Shown one piece after another: positions 58,705-64,000 of a stretch of 64,000 bases of DNA. The position numbers and the translations under genes were made by a program. The first letter of the stretch is position 1. Each line of letters starts with the position of its first letter. A model generated the notes under the pieces. That model was not told the origin of the DNA and did no database searches. It saw nothing but the letters and a program-made list of their open reading frames with translations. The stretch covers positions 768,001 to 832,000 of the forward strand of contig JAXHNB010000005.1 in NCBI GenBank assembly GCA_034520945.1, in the 5' to 3' direction. This DNA comes from Trueperaceae bacterium (lineage in GTDB: Bacteria > Deinococcota > Deinococci > Deinococcales > Trueperaceae).

Positions 58705-60071
58705 GGGCGCACCCCCCGACCGGCCGGGGCCACGGCCACGTCGTCGTCGCCTCTCGCGCGCCACAACCACCAGGTTCCGTCCCAGCTGCGTCCGTCCACG
58801 TTCGCGGGAAGGGCCTCCCGCAGGTCGGCTGGAAGGGGCGCGCCGGAGGTCGCTTCATTCGGCACGTCGACCAGTTCCGGGCGGCCCGTCAACCGCACGC
58901 GCCCGCCCGCCGCGAGCGACAGCCGGGTCGTGCCGTCCCGCCAGGTGACGGCGCCTGGGTCGACCGGCCGGTACACGCCGTCCAGGTGCAGCGTGCCGCG
59001 CGGAAGCCGCGCCACCTCCCGCACCTCGGTGCGCCAGGCCAAGCCGTCGGCCGCCAGCGCCACGGCGCCGCGGACCTCGCGCACCGCCCCGTCGGCGGCC
59101 ACGGCCCGCACGGCGAACACGGTGGCGGCCAGCACCAGCACGCTGCTGAGGAGCCCGGAGCGGCCCCCCACGCGCAGCAACGTCCATGCCAGGACGGCGT
59201 ACGCCGCCGCCCCCAGCGCGACCCACGGCTTGGGGGCGTGCGCCCAGGCGACGCCGGGCAGGGCCCCGGTCGCTGCCTGAAGCGTCTGCCGCCGTGCGGG
59301 GTGCGACCACGCGGACGCCTCCGGCGAGCCGACCTCGCCCCCCTCCGCGTCCTGCAGGGGCGCCAACGATCCTGCCCCCACGCGCCGGGGGCCCGCCGCC
59401 ACCAGGCGGGCCAGGGGGCCGTGACCGGCGCGCCCCTCGGGCGCCACGGCGACCCGCACGCCGCTGGCTGCGGCGGTGAGGACGGTGGACGTCTCGGGGG
59501 CGGCGGCGGTGCCGTCGATGATCAGGGAGGCGACGCTGTCCCAGCCGGCGGCGCGCGCAGGTAGGTCGGCCGCTCCGGCGAACGTCACGCGGGCGTCGGG
59601 CCCGAGGGCGTCCGACCAGGTCGCCGGCCTGGAGGTGACCACCACGTCGAGGGGGCGGGGATCGCGGTCGCGGGCGCCCCAGGTGCCGCTGGCCAGGACG
59701 CGGTCCCGGTACTCGATCCGCCACGACAGGGCGCGCCAGGAGGGGAGGGGCACGTCGACGTCCAGGCGTTGCACGCCGGCCGCGTCGGGAAACGTCCAGG
59801 TGGTGGTCTGGATCACTTCGCCCCGGTGCAGGCCGCCGGCGTCGGCGGTCAACACCAGGGTCGCGGCGGGCGCGTCCCGTACCCGCGCCTCCAGGGGGTT
59901 CCACGCCTCCGCGACGGGGGTCCGCGCCACGCCGAGGGACAGCTCGGCACGCGCCTGCGCGCCGGTCGTTCCCGCAAGCAGGAACGCCCAGGTCGTCAGG
60001 CTGGCCAGGAGGGCGCGGCGCAGCAGGACACGGCGGGGTGCGCCCTCACCGCCGGGCAGGCTCGCGTTCAC
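58701..60071 (-). CDS. hypothetical exported/membrane protein
   Basis: Signal-like N-terminus, WNPLE and LP..AAGWDSVASLIID motifs, two TM helices; -10 TAGCAT 6 nt before GTG. Confidence 0.6.
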   Translation of the reverse strand: MNASLPGGEGAPRRVLLRRALLASLTTWAFLLAGTTGAQARAELSLGVARTPVAEAWNPLEARVRDAPAATLVLTADAGGLHRGEVIQTTTWTFPDAAGVQRLDVDVPLPSWRALSWRIEYRDRVLASGTWGARDRDPRPLDVVVTSRPATWSDALGPDARVTFAGAADLPARAAGWDSVASLIIDGTAAAPETSTVLTAAASGVRVAVAPEGRAGHGPLARLVAAGPRRVGAGSLAPLQDAEGGEVGSPEASAWSHPARRQTLQAATGALPGVAWAHAPKPWVALGAAAYAVLAWTLLRVGGRSGLLSSVLVLAATVFAVRAVAADGAVREVRGAVALAADGLAWRTEVREVARLPRGTLHLDGVYRPVDPGAVTWRDGTTRLSLAAGGRVRLTGRPELVDVPNEATSGAPLPADLREALPANVDGRSWDGTWWLWRARGDDDVAVAPAGRGVRP

Positions 60072-60080
60072 GTCTCGATG

Positions 60081-61793
60081 CTACCTGCCGGCGCCTGCGT
60101 CCTCCGCCAGCACGGCGACGATGGCGCTCTCCACCCGCCGCGTGAACAGGCGATTCAGGGGGCGGCCGTCGACCACCAGCGTCGCGGACGAACCGCTGTC
60201 CAGCCGGAGGGCGTGTTCCGCCTCCAGCGACAGGAACAACCCCACCAGGTCCTCGGCCACCATCCGCTCCGCCACCACGAACAGCACCGTTCCGTCGGCG
60301 CGCACGCCCAGGGCGGCCTGCTGGGTCGGCTCGTCCAGGATGCGCGTGCCGCGCGCGAAGGACTCCTCACTGGGGGCGAAGGCGGCGCGCCCGCCTTGGA
60401 CCAGGAGCGGACCGGCCTCCACCACCCAGTGACTGCGCTCCAGGGCGGGCGGCTCGAGCCGTACGATCACGCGCACCTGCGCGCCCGGTTCGGCGCGGGC
60501 CAGGTCGCGGAAGCGTGGCGGGTAGGCCAGCGCGTACCCGTCCTCCGGGACGCGGACCGGACCGATCGTGTTCGACACCACCCGGTCGTCGGCACCCACG
60601 GCCAGCACCCCTTGCCGGGCCGTGCCGACCCGGACGCCCGGCACGCGCGAGAGCGCCAACGCCGGATCCTGCGACAGGCTGCTCTGCAGGGCCGGGCGGC
60701 CGTCCAGGCGTACCGTCACGGTGGCGTCGGCGCGCGCGATGACGGCCCCGTCGGGGCCGAACCCCACCGCGGCGCGCCGGCGCGAGGGCAGCGAGAGGAG
60801 GGTCCCCCCGATGCGTCGCACCCCGATGGCTTCGAAGTCGCCGGGCCGGAAGTACCCGGCGTTGATGGCGGCCACGGCGTTGCCGGCCCACTCCCCCACG
60901 GTGCGGCCCTCGCCGCTGCGGCCGACCACGCGCAGTTCGGTCGCCACGGGGTCCAACGACAGGACGTGGACGCGCGTGTCGCCGTGCAGGCCCGTGGCGC
61001 GCATCGACCGGTACGACACGCCCGGCGCGACCCGGCGCGTCGCCTCGGCCGGATCGTCCGGCGCGACGGGCGGCGCCTCCCGGGCCGGGTCGGCCTGTGC
61101 CGGCGCCGCAGGCGCGCCGGCCTCCTCCCCCGGCACGGCCGGCGTGAGGTCCAGCACCAGTCGGGGCGGCCCGTCCAGGGGGAAGGCGCGTACGTGCATG
61201 GCGGGACCCTGCAGGCGGATTCGGGCGGGGCCGGCGCCGTCGGCGGGCAGGCTCCGTACGCGCAGCGCGTCGCCGCCGAACAGCTCCGCGTCCGGAACGA
61301 GCACGCCGGGAAGGGGGATCTCCAGCGGCTCGCCGGCGTTCACGCGGGTGTCGCGGCGCGCCCCCTCGAGCGAGGCGGCCGTGACGCCTACCAGGTCCAA
61401 CACCAGACGGGTGGTGGCGCCGTCCTGGCCGGTGCGGATCTCGCGAACGTGGGCCAGGTCGAGGGCGCGCGCGAGGTCGGGTCCGACGGTGACGCGGCCG
61501 TCCTCCCGGACGCGGGGCGCGTCGCGCGCGGTCCCGTCGGTCCAGCCGAGCCCCGGCACGTACCCCAGCGCCCGCCCGCGCAGCTGCAGCGTGATGGTCC
61601 CGTCCGACACGCGCACCAGCTCGTTCGGCACGATCAGAGCCGGCGCCTCCCCGCTGGGCGCGTTGAAGGGTTGCTGCGCCAGGGCGGGCGACGCCAGGAC
61701 CGAAAGCGCTGCCAGCACCGTCAGGAGCAGCGTCTGGGCCGGCTTCGTGTCGGGTCGAAGGGGGAGAGGCGTCGACCGGGTCGCTCGCTTCAT
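60081..61793 (-). CDS. exported phosphodiester glycosidase (NAGPA) family protein
   Basis: AAINAGYF, RAAVG, EAGPLLV, ALRLDSGSSATL and RRVESAI motifs; N-terminal signal and AMIN-like 'PPRLVLD' segments. Confidence 0.82.
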   Translation of the reverse strand: MKRATRSTPLPLRPDTKPAQTLLLTVLAALSVLASPALAQQPFNAPSGEAPALIVPNELVRVSDGTITLQLRGRALGYVPGLGWTDGTARDAPRVREDGRVTVGPDLARALDLAHVREIRTGQDGATTRLVLDLVGVTAASLEGARRDTRVNAGEPLEIPLPGVLVPDAELFGGDALRVRSLPADGAGPARIRLQGPAMHVRAFPLDGPPRLVLDLTPAVPGEEAGAPAAPAQADPAREAPPVAPDDPAEATRRVAPGVSYRSMRATGLHGDTRVHVLSLDPVATELRVVGRSGEGRTVGEWAGNAVAAINAGYFRPGDFEAIGVRRIGGTLLSLPSRRRAAVGFGPDGAVIARADATVTVRLDGRPALQSSLSQDPALALSRVPGVRVGTARQGVLAVGADDRVVSNTIGPVRVPEDGYALAYPPRFRDLARAEPGAQVRVIVRLEPPALERSHWVVEAGPLLVQGGRAAFAPSEESFARGTRILDEPTQQAALGVRADGTVLFVVAERMVAEDLVGLFLSLEAEHALRLDSGSSATLVVDGRPLNRLFTRRVESAIVAVLAEDAGAGR

Positions 61794-61849
61794 GGCCCAG
61801 AGGGTATGGGTCGTCGGCCTGAACCGGGTGAGACCCGAACGAGGCGGCG

Positions 61850-62629
61850 TCACGTCTCGTGAAGCAGGTCGAGGAGCGGTTCGACGCCGACCTCGCCGCC
61901 GACCACGGTGCGAAGCGCCGCGGCGGCGGTGCGGGCGGCGATGTCGGGAAATGCGGTCGCCGACCCCCCGGCGGCGCGGACCTCCGTCCGCCAGTCGGGT
62001 GCCAGGCCCGGCGCCAGGTCCAGCACGGTCAGGTGCGGCCCCAGCGCATCCGCGTGGGGCGACGCCAGGTTCTCGCTGCGGAGCAGCAGGTCGCAGCGTT
62101 CGAGCAGCGTGGGCACGGTGGGGTCGGCCGCGGCGACGGCGCGGCCGCGCACGCCGGCCGGCAGGTCGGGCAGGGCGTGTTCGGCGGTGGGCGCGTCGGG
62201 CGCGATGAGGGCGATGTCGGCCGCGCCGGCGGTCGCGAGCTCGCGCAGGGTGCCGCGCACCACCGCGCCGCCGCCGAGCGCGGCGATGCGGGCGCCCCTC
62301 GGTTCCCATCCGCCGGCTTGCAGCCCGTCCAGCAGGGCGCGCGCCGTGACGAAGTCGCCGATGGTGCTGTCGCCCGCCACCGCGACGGCGTCGACCACGC
62401 CCAGATCGCTGCCCTCCAGCGAGCGGCGGGTGGTGGCCGCCGCGGCGTCGCGCCGCGCCTCGTCGCCGAACACCAACGCACCGGCGAAGCCGAGGACCGG
62501 CAGGGCCGCGACCGCGGTGGCGATGTCGCCGGGGGGTGCGGGGTGAAGCCATACGCGCCCTTCGGGGTCCCGGAATCGGGCCAGGGCGCGGGCGGTCGGA
62601 TCGGTGCCGAGCAAGGCGACGAGCTGCAT
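61850..62629 (-). CDS. shikimate dehydrogenase-like protein with degenerate active site
   Basis: LGFAGALV, GVVDAV, LGGGAVVRG and VLDL align by eye to the AroE fold, but the HSxSP, NVTxPxK and NTD motifs are absent. Confidence 0.55.
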   Translation of the reverse strand: MQLVALLGTDPTARALARFRDPEGRVWLHPAPPGDIATAVAALPVLGFAGALVFGDEARRDAAAATTRRSLEGSDLGVVDAVAVAGDSTIGDFVTARALLDGLQAGGWEPRGARIAALGGGAVVRGTLRELATAGAADIALIAPDAPTAEHALPDLPAGVRGRAVAAADPTVPTLLERCDLLLRSENLASPHADALGPHLTVLDLAPGLAPDWRTEVRAAGGSATAFPDIAARTAAAALRTVVGGEVGVEPLLDLLHET

Positions 62630-62773
62630 GACGAGAAGGATACCGCGAGCGCCGTGGTATCCTCGGCCGGCGCTGCGCCGGGCGTGCCCGTCCTGCGGGC
62701 CGCTCGGCGCGAACCCGACCGAACCCCCCTACCTACGCGACCGCCCGCCCGGGGCCCGAACCGAGGTGACCGC

Positions 62774-64000
62774 ATGCAGGTGATCCTTCCCGACGGTACG
62801 AATCTGGACGTTCCCGGCGGCGCCACGGGCCGCGACGTGGCCGAGGCGATCGGTCCCGGCCTGGCGAAGGCCGCGCTCGGCACCAAGGTGAACGGGGAGC
62901 TGTCCGATCTGATGACGGAGGTGCCGGGCGGCGCGGAGGTCACCATCGTGACCAAGCGCGATGAGGACTGGATCGCGCTGGCCCGTCACACCCTGGCGCA
63001 CGTGATGGCACAGGCGGTGCGGGAGGCGATGGTCGAGGAGGGGTTCGACCCGAACGACGTCAAGCTGGCGATCGGTCCGGTGATCGAGAACGGCTTCTAC
63101 TACGACATGGACCTGCCTCGCAGCCTCACGCCCGAGGATCTGCCGGCCCTCGAGGCGCGCATGCAGGCGATCCTGAAGGCCGACCTGCCGTTGCGACGCT
63201 ACGCGCTGCCGCGCGAGGAGGCGCTGGCGCGCTATCGCGAGCTGAACGATCCCTACAAGCAGGAGTTGATCCGCGACCTCCCAGCGGACGCCGAGGTCAC
63301 CTTCTACGAGCAGGGGGGAGAGGAGGGGTTCACGGATCTGTGCCGCGGTCCGCACGTCCCCTCGACCGGCCGGGTGCCGCCGCACTTCACGTTGACCGGC
63401 ATCGCCGGGGCGTACTGGCGCGGGGACGAGTCGCGCCCCATGCTGCAACGCGTCTACGGCGTGGCCTTCCCGACGGAGGAGGAACTGCGGCACCACCTGT
63501 GGCAGGTGGAGGAGGCCCGCAAGCGGGACCACCGCCGCCTGGGCCGCGATCTGGAGATCTTCACGCTGGACGATGAGATCGGGCCCGGCCTGCCGTTGTG
63601 GTTGCCGCGCGGCACGGTGATGGTGGACGAGATCGAGGCGCTCGCCAAGGAGATGGAGGCCAAGGCCGGCTACCAGCGGGTCCGCTCGCCGCACCTCAGC
63701 AAGGAGGACCTGTTCGTCAAGAGCGGCCACCTGCCGTACTACGAGCACGCCATGTACCCCGCCATGGACCTGGACAACGTGCGGTACTTCGTGAAGCCGA
63801 TGAACTGCCCGTTCCACCACAAGATCTACGACGCCCGGCCCCGCAGCTACCGCGAGTTGCCGCTGCGGCTGGCCGAGTACGGCACCTGCTACCGCTACGA
63901 GGACTCCGGCGCGTTGATGGGCCTGATGCGGGTGCGCAGCATGCAGATGAACGACGCGCACATCTATTGCACCGAGGACCAGTTCGAGTCGGAGTTCCTG
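62774..64000 (+). CDS. thrS: threonine--tRNA ligase (runs off window end)
   Basis: GAGGTG SD; MQVILPDG TGS domain, RHTLAHVMAQAV, IGPVIENGFYYD, DLCRGPH, GAYWRG, RDHRRLG and KPMNCPFH. Confidence 0.97.
   Translation, partial: MQVILPDGTNLDVPGGATGRDVAEAIGPGLAKAALGTKVNGELSDLMTEVPGGAEVTIVTKRDEDWIALARHTLAHVMAQAVREAMVEEGFDPNDVKLAIGPVIENGFYYDMDLPRSLTPEDLPALEARMQAILKADLPLRRYALPREEALARYRELNDPYKQELIRDLPADAEVTFYEQGGEEGFTDLCRGPHVPSTGRVPPHFTLTGIAGAYWRGDESRPMLQRVYGVAFPTEEELRHHLWQVEEARKRDHRRLGRDLEIFTLDDEIGPGLPLWLPRGTVMVDEIEALAKEMEAKAGYQRVRSPHLSKEDLFVKSGHLPYYEHAMYPAMDLDNVRYFVKPMNCPFHHKIYDARPRSYRELPLRLAEYGTCYRYEDSGALMGLMRVRSMQMNDAHIYCTEDQFESEFL

Overview
High-GC bacterial chromosome segment, most likely Deinococcota (Trueperaceae-like). 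This is inferred from gene content and order and from many -10-only leaderless promoters; no database search was run. Most of the window is core genome: ilvC-leuA-cimA-gltB; an RqkA-like PQQ-repeat Ser/Thr kinase plus a small regulator divergent from murA; hisC-hisB-hisH-orf-rapZ-yvcK-DOMON; nfeD-floA-orf-phoH-pgpH-ybeY-dgkA-cdd; hemN; erpA/iscA; gcvT-H-PA-PB; mglBA; glpKD; dprA; cysS; yigZ; thrS; and three tRNAs (Trp, Met/Ile2, Leu). The main candidate system is an ~11 kb accessory islet right after tRNA-Trp (about 30.0-40.8 kb) encoding three large acidic lipoproteins. One is an Ig-repeat stalk ending in a cohesin-like domain. The other two share a duplicated lipobox-cohesin-like-dockerin cassette fused to different malectin, beta-propeller and Ca-binding payloads, suggesting a non-cellulosomal cohesin-dockerin surface assembly. 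Two apparent ribosome-stalling translational attenuators are also visible: a Leu-rich leader pairing with the leuA Shine-Dalgarno, and a leaderless Cys-containing uORF pairing with the cysS Shine-Dalgarno. Two probable pseudoenzymes are present (SpeD-like and AroE-like). Caveat: the sequence shows an insertion-error signature, with isolated +1 frameshifts in four genes and very dense indels at about 33.8-39.2 kb, so the islet gene models are reconstructed across frames and approximate.
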